DNA of 64,000 nucleotides, from NCBI RefSeq assembly GCF_009914755.1, contig NC_060927.1. One strand, written 5' to 3'. The first letter of the stretch is position 1, and each line of letters starts with the position of its first letter. Shown in pieces: positions 14,204 to 25,730 of the stretch. Made by a program: the position numbers and the translations under genes. This DNA comes from the human T2T-CHM13v2.0 reference genome, Homo sapiens. Below the pieces are notes generated by a model that was not told the origin of the DNA, made no database searches, and saw only the letters and a program-made list of their open reading frames with translations.

Positions 14204-14408
14204 CATTTGAAAACATATAAAACATTCTGTATATACTTAGATCTCAGAATATGAATGGAATAAATCTGCATTTCCCTAGACATTGAAAGAAAACTTGTAT
14301 AGAATTTTAGCTTTCTTCTCTAAAACTATATTTATAGCAAGCCTACAGATGTAAGCCTAAACACACACACATTGTTTAGAATTAGTTGAGTGTATTATAA
14401 GCTTTTAC

Positions 14409-14635
14409 AAATACAAAATCTTGATTTTCTGATGATCTTTTAGAGAATCTGAAGATATGACAAAATTTAGCTTTCTGATTCTTGTAGGACACTGATGGCT
14501 GATGGTATCTGCTTTATTTTTGATCATAGAACCCAACTCTCTGAACTTAGGTTATCTGCCTAAACCTTGTTGGCATTTATACTTAAAAACTGTGTTGACC
14601 AAAATATCGTGCAGTAGTAGTATGCCATTAAAAAA
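14409..14635 (-). pseudogene. Pseudo-exon
   Basis: Acceptor 'aatctcag|' and donor '|gtaaaa'. Translation QFLSINANKV*ADNLSSESWVL*SKIKQIPSAISVLQESES*ILSYL (alpha5-alpha7-like). Confidence 0.45.
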
Positions 14636-14868
14636 CTGAGATTTTTACATAATCAAGTTTATGAAACTAAGAAGTTATAAGGCTTCTAATTTTTAAAACA
14701 TTATATTTGTATGTATGTATTCCTTGAAGCGGAAGTGACTTATTTGTGTTTAAGGTATCTAGCAAGATAGCAAATCAAAGGACAATGAAGTGAAAGTTTA
14801 TTTTAATTTAAAAATAAAAGGTATGTAAGGAGACAATCTAGATGTTCTTTGGTATTGATAAAATTAGA

Positions 14869-15166
14869 GGCCGGGCGCGGTGGCTCATGCCTGAAATCCC
14901 AGCACTTTGGGAGGCTGAGGCGGGCAGATCATGAGGTCAGGAGATCGAGACCATCCTGGCTAACACAGTGAAACCCCGTCTCTACTAAAAATACAAAAAA
15001 TTAGCTGGGCGTGGTGGTGGGCGCCTGTAATCCCACCTGTTAGGGAGGCTGAGGCAGTAGAATGGCATGAACTGGGGAGGCAGAGCTTGCAGTGAGCCAA
15101 CATTGCGCCACTGCACTCCAGCCTGGGTGACAGAGCGACACTCAGTCTAAAAAAGGAAAAAAAAAA
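14869..15166 (+). mobile_element. AluY-like
   Basis: ggccgggcgcggtggc start; 'gagatcgagaccatcctggctaacac'; TSD aaaattagagg. Confidence 0.95.
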
Positions 15167-15299
15167 TTAGAGGTTACAATTAACCTTTGAAATGTTTCTT
15201 CACAGAATACTTGAGTGTGCGTCATAACATAGTTTGCATTACATTTGCCTGCCACAGATTATTATATTCATATTGTAAGTAGATGAATTAGTAATATTA

Positions 15300-16214
15300 A
15301 TTTAAGTTTATATGTGACATAATTTTCCATGCCCTTATGTGTAAATCGTTGGAGTAATCTCCAATGTGATTTTCTTTGATAGAAGAGAAGATAGTGCTTT
15401 TCTAAGAGGTGTATGAAGTGATTCAGATAAGAAGAAATTCAGGGACTTGTAAGAATATTTCAACTTGAAGCAGGCTAATATCCTTTGCCTCAGTCTTTAA
15501 CTTTCTCTTTCCAAGTCTCACTGCATGAATTCCTCCCTGATGGACAGCATGCATATTCATCTCAGTGTGTAGAAGTTTAAGACATGCTAAAGCCATTCAT
15601 CTTCTCTGAAAGCCTGGATGATTATAAGCACAGACATTTTGTGTTCAACAGAGGATTACACCAGAAAGATTGGTTGAGTACACATTTATTTCATTGTCAG
15701 ATCTGTACATGGAGTCCTTCATGTGGAATATAGTATGCTGTCTTCAGCTACTGGATTCTATGAAACAGAGAGTTAGTACCTGGACTACGTTTTACTGCAC
15801 CACCCCGCCACTCCTACAGAATTGCTTTTGTGAATTTCTTATCAGTCAATATTGGAGAAAATGCTATGACAAATGTACAGGAAGCAAAACCTTATCACAG
15901 CTGTTCTAAGACAATGTCATCAAGAACTTTATTATAGCAAACATTGTCTGAGTCGATTCACTCTTGTTCCTCCAAGAACATATTTAATTTTACGATCACT
16001 GTGAAATGTGTAAATGAGTAGACTAACTTCTTCTTACAAAAGTTTTTAACAAACTTTGAGCCAAATTTGTGGTCCATGGAAGCAAGAAGGTAATTGTTAT
16101 GAATATATTCAATTTTATTACTAATTTCTGTCCTTACCCTAGCTTTTCCCTTTTTTTAGACGTATAAATATATAGATATACATATTTAGACATTAATAAG
16201 CCATTCAAATACAT
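15300..16214 (-). pseudogene. Large pseudo-exon with RGS-like motifs
   Basis: Follows a 90-nt intron (16304-16215; acceptor 'tttttattacag|'). Reads VFEWLINV*...EISNKIEYIHNNYLL..., then ...DDIVLEQL**GFASCTFVIAF..., then LLQVENILTSP*ISSYLNHFIHLLEKHYLLFYQ. The 3' end is uncertain. Confidence 0.6.
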
Positions 16215-16415
16215 CTGTAATAAAAACTTTATATATTATTTAACATGATTTCTGGTATAATGTGTGTAAACAGCAAACAAATGCATACATAATGTAAATC
16301 TTACCAAGATCACGTGAGATTGTGTGTTTAACAGTAATGTTAAAAGGAAAATGCCAGTGTGTCTCATGTGCAATTTAAAATAACTTCACCATCCATATAT
16401 CAAAATAAGTCATAT

Positions 16416-17964
16416 TGTGTCTGGAATTGGTGGGTTCTTGGTCTCACTGACTTCAAGAATGAAGCCGTGGACCCTTGCGGTGAGTGTTACGGTTCTTAAA
16501 GGTGGTGTGTCTGGAGTTTGTTCCTTCTGATGTTCGGACGTGTTCGGAGTTTCTTCTTTCCCGTGGGTTCGTGGTCTCGCTGGCTTCAGGAGTGAAGCCG
16601 CGATCTTCACAGCGAGTGTTACAGCTCTTAAGGTGGCGCATCTGGAGTTGTTCGTTTCTCCGGTCCAGAGTTGTTCATTCCTCCTGTCCAGAGTTGTTCA
16701 TTCCTCCCAGTGGGTTCGTGGTCTCGCTGGCCTCAGGAGTGAAGCTGTAGACCTTCACGGTGAGTATTACAGCTTATAAAGGCAGTGCAGACCAAAAGAG
16801 TAAGCAGCAGCAGATTTATTGCACAGTAAAAGAACAAAGCTTCCACAGTGTGGAAGGGGACCCAAGGGGGTTGCCCCTGCTGTCTGGGCAGCCTGCTTTT
16901 ATTCCCTTATCTGGCCCCACCCACATCCTGCTGATTGGTCCATTTACAGAGGGCTGATTGGTCTGTTTTACAGAGAGCTAATTGGTCCGTTTTGACATGG
17001 TGCTGATTGGTGCGTTGCAATCCATGAGCTAGACACAAAAGTTCTCCAAGTCCCCACTAGATTAGCTGGACACAGAGCACTGATTGGTGCATTTACAAAC
17101 CTTGAGCTAGACACAGGGTGCAGATTGGTGCGTTTACAAACCTTGAGCTAGACACAGAGTGCTGATTGGTGTATTTACAATCCCTTATCTAGACATAAAT
17201 GTTCTCCAAGTCCCCACTAGATTAGCTAGATACGGAGTGCTGATTGGTGCATTTATAAACCTTGAGCTAGACACAGAGTGCTGACTGGTGTATATACAAA
17301 CCTCCAGCTAGACATAAAAGTTCTCTAAGACCCCACTAGACTCAGGAGCCCAGCTGGCTTCACCTAGTGGATCCTGCACTGGGGCCGCAGGTGGAGCTGC
17401 CTGCTGGTCCCGAGCCATGCGCCCACACTCCTAAGCCCTTGGGCGGTCAATGGGACTGGGTGCCGTGGGGCAGGGGGCAGCACTTTTTGGGGAGGCTTGG
17501 GCCACGCAGGAGCTCACGGCAGGGGAGAGGCTCGGGAATGGTGGGCTGCAGGTGCCGAGCCCTGCCTCGCAGGGAGACAGCTGAGGCCTGGTGACAATTC
17601 GAGTGCAGCACTGGCAGGCTGGCACTGCTGGGGGACCCAGTGCACTCGCAGCTGCTGGTCCGGGTGCTAAACCCCTAACTGCCCGGGGCTGGTGGCGCTG
17701 GCTGGCCGCTCTGAGTGTGGGGCTCGCTAAGCCCATGCCCACCTGGAACTTGCACTGGGTGCGCAGCCCTGATTCCCACCTGCACCTCTTCCTCCACACC
17801 CCCCTGCAAGCAGAGGGAGCTGGCTCCGGCCTTGGCCAGCACAGAGAGGGGCTCCAACAGTGCAGAGGTGGGCTGAAGGGCTCCTCAAGCATGGCCAGAG
17901 TGGGTGCGGAGGCCGAGGAGGTGCAGAGAATGAGTGAGGGCTGCCAGCCCACTGTCACCTCTCA
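16416..17964 (-). mobile_element. Solo LTR12 (ERV9 LTR, LTR12C-like)
   Basis: Minus strand starts TGAGAGGTGACAG and ends CCAATTCCAGACACA; GC-rich U3; tandem CCAAT repeats; 4-bp TSD atat/gtat. Confidence 0.95.
16885..17300 (-). promoter_or_regulatory. LTR12 enhancer/promoter: tandem CCAAT (NF-Y-type) repeats and a GATA/AATAAA core promoter
   Basis: About 8 'attgg' boxes in ~40-bp repeats; minus strand 'gccagataagggaataaaagcagg' near 16890-16915. Confidence 0.75.
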
Positions 17965-18199
17965 GTATGATAGCTGTGACTTTTTAGATAGACTTTCCTT
18001 ATATCGATCCTTCAATTTTTGCATAGTATTTTTAATTTGTTGAATAAAATAATTTTATTTAGTATAAAAGAAAACATGTATTCCTCGTACTTCTAGCATA
18101 GATGGAGAATCATATAAATAAAAATTTAGCAAAATCAACTCATTTTAAATACATGTTATAATAAAATACTTATATTAATGATGGGTGTTCTAGTCCATA

Positions 18200-18840
18200 T
18201 GAAATTTCATTGCTAGATCTAAAACTTATGGTTTCTTTTCTTTATCTTCTTGGGAACTGTATTTTCCTGATTTTACTCCCTTCTTCCTGTCTTCAAATTC
18301 TCCCCTAAACCTGAAAACGCTAAATAGTTCCTTAACTTTAGACATGAACGCCCACATCCTAGATAATAATCTAACCTCCATCTAGATAGTCACAGATACC
18401 TCAGAACCAATTTGTTCTAAACTGAATTCATCACTCTATTACTCTTCATTTATTCAATATCATCCCCACACTGATAAAGTATCTCTTGCCAATTTCATGC
18501 CATATCTCAGAACAACACTGTTTCCAGTTTCTCAAGCCAGAAACTATAATTCTCTTAATCCATCTTCTCACTTGACAGCCTCATTTTCAATTATTCATTG
18601 AATACTGAGAAGTCAAACTTTGACATACCTATTGAGTCTATAATCTTCTTTCCAACATGATTATTTCTCCTCTGAATCAGGCAGCAGTTTCCCAGTTAAT
18701 ACCTATGCCTCCAACCTTGTCTTTCCTCAATATATTCACACTGCAAAATGCAAGTTCTAAAATGCAATTAAACATTTCATTGCTTTCTGGATAAAATCCA
18801 ATATTACGGCATGACCAGTAAGTTTCTTTATCTCTTTACG
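18200..18840 (+). mobile_element. L2 fragment
   Basis: Pyrimidine-rich with L2-like 'acctcagaaccaatttgttctaaactgaattc'. Confidence 0.55.
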
Positions 18841-18846
18841 TATTAC

Positions 18847-19140
18847 CTTTCTTTCAGAATATTGAAATTGCCTTCCGTTTCCATGAGGTATTGGACACTT
18901 GCCAGAAAAATCTTCATAAAACGTTACATTATCAAGTTATATTGTGATTGCCTACGCTAAAGTTTGTACTCCTGGCTTTCAAATCTTACAGCTTGCTACA
19001 AGAGTAATTTATGAATTCTTTCATTTTCCTGCAGCGTTATAAGTGACCTTTTAATTCTATTGATCTACTCAGTGGCCTCCAGATTCTGGCATGTACAATT
19101 CCTCTCTCTTTAACTTCTCTATGGCTTTAACTTTGCCTGG
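18847..19140 (-). pseudogene. Pseudo-exon
   Basis: Ends LDNVTFYEDFSGKCPIPHGNGRQFQYSERK|gtaata; the 5' boundary is uncertain. Confidence 0.45.
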
Positions 19141-19596
19141 AATTTGTTATATATTGTATCTCTACTTTTATTTATAGATTCATATACTCAAAGACTAATC
19201 CATCCCTCTGTTATTTCCACAGCTCTATACACTCAGATTATGTAGATTTTATTATTTTCCCTTTAAGTGTTTCTGAAAAGTAAACAAAAATAACTATCTC
19301 AATTCTTGTCCTTTGATTGGATGCAGACACCTTTGCATTCAGAATAGCACATGACAAGTTTGGTAAGTGTGTGTTTGTCTACAAGCTATGGTTTGTATGA
19401 CATTGAAACAGACCTTTTGAACAACTATGAATCTGTTTTCTTTATAAAGTTATTTAAGTCTCCACCAGTCATAACCTCTTCCCCATTTCTTCTTTAAATC
19501 TATGAAATAGGTATGTTTACTACTTACTGCCAATATGTGCACTTTCATATCAATCATACTATATTTTAAAATAAGTTTCATTTTCACTTGATATCG

Positions 19597-19667
19597 CTCT
19601 CTCTGTCTGTCTCTCTGTCTGTCTCTCTCTCCCCCCTCTCTCTCTCCTCCCCACCACTTTCTCTCTC
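19597..19667. repeat. (CT)n/(CTGT)n microsatellite
   Basis: Directly visible. Confidence 0.9.
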
Positions 19668-19708
19668 AAAACTAACAACGACTTGAGAATAAATGTATGT
19701 TTCTTTAC

Positions 19709-19768
19709 AGTTTGGCAGACTATAACCAACAATATCTCTGGAAAGAAATTTCTCTGAAATCTCATGAC
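19709..19768 (-). pseudogene. Small pseudo-exon (RGS alpha5-like)
   Basis: Follows a 90-nt GT-AG intron; acceptor 'ttttaaatag|' and donor '|gtaaag'. Translation HEISEKFLSRDIVGYSLPN (compare EIYEKFI). Confidence 0.55.
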
Positions 19769-19858
19769 CTATTTAAAATTATATGCTCATCTGCTTTCTA
19801 TTTTAAATTAAAGTAGTATTGTTCTTATAAAATAAAGATATAAAAATATAAAGCTTAC

Positions 19859-20127
19859 TGTTACTTCCTATTAGCAAAAGCAAGCAACCAAAATATTCTT
19901 AAATTTCCTATTTATGTTCTTAATCAATAGGTGATGTGGTTTCACTGAGTCATATTTCTTCCAGGCATTTTTTCTCATCTGCCTAATTGCCAAAATATTA
20001 CACTATACTTTTACTAAATATGAGTATACAAACTGAGCAATGTAAATGTTGCTGTAAAATAACAGTCCATAGGTTTATATTTTGATCTTTTCCATATGAA
20101 AGCAGCAAGACTTAGAGTCAATGTAAT
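19859..20127 (-). pseudogene. Pseudo-exon (RGS alpha4-like)
   Basis: Acceptor 'tatcactgtag|' and donor 'ACA|gtaagc'. Translation includes VLLLSYGKDQNINLWTVILQQ (compare FL.SE.SEENI.FW). Confidence 0.55.
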
Positions 20128-21968
20128 CTACAGTGATAAAACTCATTTCAAAATAAACGTCTAAGTACATCTCATGCTTTTCATCACAAATAGTACTTAT
20201 AACTGATTTATTTATTGTAATTGTGATGATAATAGCATTTTTAATAAAAAAATTATTATTGTGATCTTCTGGAACACTATTGTTTGACATAATTTGAAGA
20301 TTTCAAGTTTAACATGAATCATTAAAATAAATAATTCATTGATATTAATCTGTGGTATTTTAAACTTCTTGTTTTCAATAATTCATGTTCCCAGTTAAAA
20401 CACAAACTAAACATTATTAAACCTTGAATGGGTAATATGAAATTTACCAAACCAACTAATCACACAAAGTAGTATTTTATTTGGTAAAAATATTTTACCA
20501 AAAAATGTTTCTTGGTAATTTTATATTTTATTCCCCTTGTGGTAGGGAGTGGAATAGAATTTAAGATTAATTGAGGAGTTATAATTATTTGTAAGTAATA
20601 TATCTTTATTTACATAGAAATAGTTATTATACATATATTCATTCTTAAAGTATTACACTCATTTTTTAAAAATTTATTTACAAGCTTCTATTGAGTGATC
20701 AAAAATCTTAAATTGTCAAGTTTTTAGACCAACATTAGCTGGTCATATAAATAACATTAGATCAAGTATCTGTTCTTCCTATAAAAACAGGCTGAGCATA
20801 CGTATAATTGCAGTATTGGAAACAACACAGATAACAAGAGCCATGAAACATTACTTATTCAGAAAGCAAAAACTGGTTTTCCCTCACAACTCTTTGGAGA
20901 TTCTTACATAAGATCCTTAATATGTTGAACTATATTTTATTTCTCTTTCTATGAGCTTAATTATATCATTTTCTGTATAAGATGACTTTTCTAGGTTTTT
21001 TTTTCCCCCTGTGAGTTGCTTCATACTTAGGGAAATATTCTATTGTTAAAAAAGATGATCACTTGGTGATGTGAGACAATCATTTATATCTCCTGGCTTG
21101 ATACAGGAATTAAGATGATACACAACTTATTTCATCCAAGTGAAGTTTCAACTCAGAATTTTAAATGATGCTTGCAACTTTCACATTTTTACTTGATATA
21201 ACCACTTGAACTAGTTACCTGTCCAATCCAGCCAGTGAAGGTTTATGAACCAAATCTGTTAACATCACTTAGTTATTGTACCCTTTGATTTTTCACAGTG
21301 AGAAGAAAATTAAGATAAACAATTTTTGAAAGAAAATGGCTGTGAATTTCCAAAACCATCAAAAGGTTATGAAATCACATTTTTAGGAAGAAGCTCTCTA
21401 TAGGATAAATAAAAAATAACAGCAAACCTAAACACACAATAGTAAATTTGCTAAAACAACACAAAAAATTTATAGCAGCCAACAAAATAAAAGTGAAATG
21501 ATGAGAAGAATGTATTGCATAGTCTCAAACAAAGTGATAGCTGGTGTAGCTATATTAATGTTAAATCTATTAGAATTTAAAGTAAGAAACATTATTGGAG
21601 TTGAATGAGGCATTTCATACTTAAAAGATTATCTGGGAATAAAATAAGAAAAAATCTAAATTTGTATGCTTTTGATAACATAGCAGTAAAGTTTTCAAAA
21701 TCTAAAATTGGGTTAATATATAAATATATAAGTAAACAAATTAATTTTCCTAATTTGAGATTTTACACAGTATCAAGATTTCTTCACAGTGTCAAACCAG
21801 AAAAGCAAACAAAAAGTTAGAAAGGTTGGAGATTTGAAGAATAAAATTAATAAATTGACTTAAATAGCATATATAGGACCATGTACAGCCAAATTATAAA
21901 TTACATAATCTCTTTAAGTATACATATAACATTTCCTATGACTTATCATGCATTGTGCTTAAAATTAA

Positions 21969-22323
<355 letters not shown>

Positions 22324-22538
22324 CATACAGTTTATTTTAAAGTCACAAAGTTTTGAATCAAGGTACAAATCAATAATAAATCTGAAGGCTTTTATATACG
22401 GATTATACAAGCCAGAATTATTCTATTTAACTGCCAAATCAAATAAGAAACAATAGTGAAATCTATGTACAAGAATGTTTAAGCATCAGGCTGGCTTTTA
22501 CAATAGTAAAAAACTATGTACAGGAATGTTTAAGCATC

Positions 22539-22841
22539 AGGTGGCTCAAGCCTGTAATACCAGCACTTTGGGAGACCGAGGCGGGCAGATCACTTGGGGC
22601 CAGGAGTTCAAGATCAGCCTGTCTGGAAAACATGGCAAAACTCTGTCTCCACTAAAAATACAAAAATTAACTGGGCATGTTGGTGAATTCCTGTAACCCT
22701 GGCTACTCAGAAGGCTTAGGCATGAGAATTGCTTGAACCCGCAAGTGGAGGTTGCAGTGAGCTGAGATCACACCACTGTACTCTGTAGTGCAGCCTGGGC
22801 TACAGAGCAAGACTCTGTCTGAAAAAAAGAAAAAAAAAAAA
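22539..22841 (+). mobile_element. Alu (S/J)
   Basis: Alu dimer; TSD gtttaagcatca. Confidence 0.9.
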
Positions 22842-23469
22842 GTTTAAGCATCAATATACATGAGTCAATATCTTACAACAACAGTAGAATGAATAAATAA
22901 TACTTAACATATTCCACAATGAAATACTATGCAATCATGAGAAATATATAATGGCAATGCATGCTTACACTGGATTAATATCAAATATAATGTTAAAAAA
23001 CAGATATAAAATAGTAGATATGTGATTTAACTTATATAGAAGGTTTTTAAAGGGGCAAAACTTATCAGTTTTGCCCCTTTAAAATCAATATAGTGGTTAA
23101 TTTGGGGAAGAAAGGAAAGGCTTATATTTGATAATGGGACATTTACTTTGTACAACAACAACAACAAAAAACTTTCTTGAATACATTAGGAGCTTAATTT
23201 GCTCTTCTGCCTCTTAAAATACCTCTGCCTGTATTAGTACACAAAAATGCTTTGTAAAATAAAATGAACCAGCAGGACATGACCCTACACTTCACTGATA
23301 TAGGTGACATCATCTATAACTTGGTGCCCTGTACAACAGGGTTGTCAGCATTTCTACCTGACACTGTCATTTTTCTATGGATTCAGAGAAGACAAGGAAA
23401 CTCCTGGAGCATAGTTAAAACCATTCAGTGTTTTTCCCTCTCGTGCGTGATAAAATCTAATACACTTAA

Positions 23470-23817
<348 letters not shown>

Positions 23818-23859
23818 TCCCTCTTCTTTCTATGAACTCATCTACTCCCTCCTTTCCCC

Positions 23860-24295
23860 TCAAATTGTTCATAAGTGACACATCTTGTCTCCTTTCTTAC
23901 CCTCAAATATTACAAATACACTTATTCCTCAGGTCTTTTACCCCTTCTATTCCCTCTGCTTGAAATTGTGTTCCCTCAGATGTTTGTTTGACTTACTTTC
24001 ATTCTCCCTTTAGGTCTCGGCTCACATATCACAATATTAGTAGGACTTCCCTAATGACCCCCTATCAAATAGCACCTTTCCCTTGACACTTGCTTCATTT
24101 TCTATCATGATATATAGCTCTCTTGGTTTATTGTTTTTTATTGTTTTGTTTTGTTTTGTTTTTTCTCTCTGGTTATTTATGAAATGTAAATTCTGTCAGA
24201 GTAGGAAATTTGTGTTTCTTAACTACTGCCTCACCACTATCCAGAAAAATGTCTGCCATTTAATAAGCCTCAGTATTATTGAATAAACGAATTAA
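23860..24295 (+). mobile_element. L2 3' end
   Basis: L2-like tail 'ctcagtattattgaataaacgaa'. Confidence 0.6.
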
Positions 24296-24684
24296 TTCTT
24301 CTCTCTCTTCCTCATTATTTAACTTGCTTAATTTTCAGTGAGAGCATTATAAAATAAGTTTAAACAGAAGACAAACTGAAGAAAGAGAAATAATACTTAG
24401 CAGATGCCTCCTATTGTTCCCATTGTGGGTTCTAAAATAGAAGAAAGTAGAGTCTGATAATACATTAAAAAAAACAACATTGTAGTAATTACTTGCTAGT
24501 GACCTGTTTGTTGGAATTTGAAAAATAATTTCATTTCTCAACATTTTGATATTGATTTGAAAGAGACATATTTTCAGTTATTAAAAAATATGTTCAAGTC
24601 AGATATTATAAATTACTATTTTCTTACTTTAAAACAGAATTTTTAGCTGTGCACTAGGCTTCTCAACAAAAGGTTATTTATTAC

Positions 24685-24956
24685 CTCTTTTGCTTGTACG
24701 TGACCAGGGGATTATATTCTCGCAAAAAGAGTAATGTTTAGACAATGCATAGGATTTCTGGAGCATGCCCTCATGATCGTGATCATTATTCGACAATGAT
24801 AAAAAAAAAACACATTCCTTTCTACTTTCTCGTTTTCCCTTTCTAAATGCACATATGATTACAGGATCACCGGCCACTTCAGACCACCAGGTGTAACTCA
24901 CCTAGAATCTAGGTTCTTAATTTTATACAGCATTTCAGCCCTGCATGAAATTCTAC
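24685..24956 (-). pseudogene. Pseudo-exon with the clearest RGS alpha2-alpha5 signature
   Basis: Reads WWSEVAGDPVIICAFRK, then after a frameshift ENEKVERNVFFFYHC, then DHEGMLQKSYALSKHY; donor 'AAGAG|gtaata'. Compare canonical RGS W..S...LL.DP.G...FR.FL..E.SEEN..FW..C. Overlaps ORF 24674..24901. Confidence 0.7.
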
Positions 24957-25653
24957 CTGGAATTGTATGTTAGAGGAATAATTCCCATCTTTCAAAGCCA
25001 CTATGTTCTTAAGCCACTTTGTTACAAAGTGGCTTTGAAAACCACTATATTCAGACTAACCTATATTCAAACTAATAAAACTGCCAACCATTTTATGGCT
25101 TGCAAAGATACTGGTTGAAAATGAAATGACTTGTGTTGTTCAGGTTCTTCATGTCTAAAATAATGACTGTTGTTTTCACTTCCATCTATAGTCAGCCTAT
25201 ATAAAAATAGAGAAAAAATCATAAATATAAAGTAAATGTAACACATATATCAAGGAACAGTTGTGCAAGACAATGATCAAAGTAGTTTAAATCACAGGCC
25301 CTATAGTAAGACTATGGTTTCAAGTACAAGTTGCAACTAAGGCCTTGAAAAACCTTACCTTTCTAAGGCTAAATATTGTCATCAGAAAAAAATAGAAATA
25401 TTAGGCCTACCTATATAAATGCCCTTGAGGAGGGTTTGTGAAACATTTAGCGTATCATGCAAAGCATACTATGGGATATATGTAATTCTAATATGTGGCA
25501 ACTGAGTTATTACTGGTAGAAGTTGTCTATTTAATGCCATAGTGCACATCAATTCACCATGAATAGCCACTGAAAGGTTTTCAAAGGCGCTGGTCATTTT
25601 TCCCAAAGACTTGGACTTGGATTATGGAGAAAGTACTGGCATTGTTTTTGTTT

Positions 25654-25730
25654 GAGAGAGAGAGATATATATATATATGTTATATATATAGTTATATATG
25701 TTATATATATATAGTTATATATATCTTATA
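25654..25730. repeat. (GA)n(TA)n simple repeat
   Basis: Directly visible. Confidence 0.9.

Larger units (their letters stand above)
16305..18092 (-). pseudogene. Pseudo-exon split by an LTR12 insertion (parts 18092-17965 and 16411-16305)
   Basis: Removing the LTR and one 4-bp TSD gives a continuous frame: NYFIQQIKNTMQKLKDRYKESLSKKSQLSY|DLF*YMDGEVILNCT*DTLAFSF*HYC. Acceptor 'ctatgctag|' and donor 'TTG|gtaaga'. Confidence 0.6.

Noticed and set aside
16930-17340. Regularly spaced ~40-bp repeats resembling a CRISPR-like array
   Set aside because: These are the known LTR12 U3 tandem enhancer repeats in eukaryotic DNA, with no unique spacers.
16410-18043. ORFs up to 175 aa in the GC-rich block; possible CpG-island gene
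   Set aside because: They lie almost entirely within LTR12 sequence, where such ORFs are common artefacts.
20040-20115. LLSYGKDQNINLW as a WD40 repeat
   Set aside because: It is a single occurrence; the neighbouring exons fit RGS alpha4/alpha5 better. Not fully excluded without an HMM search.
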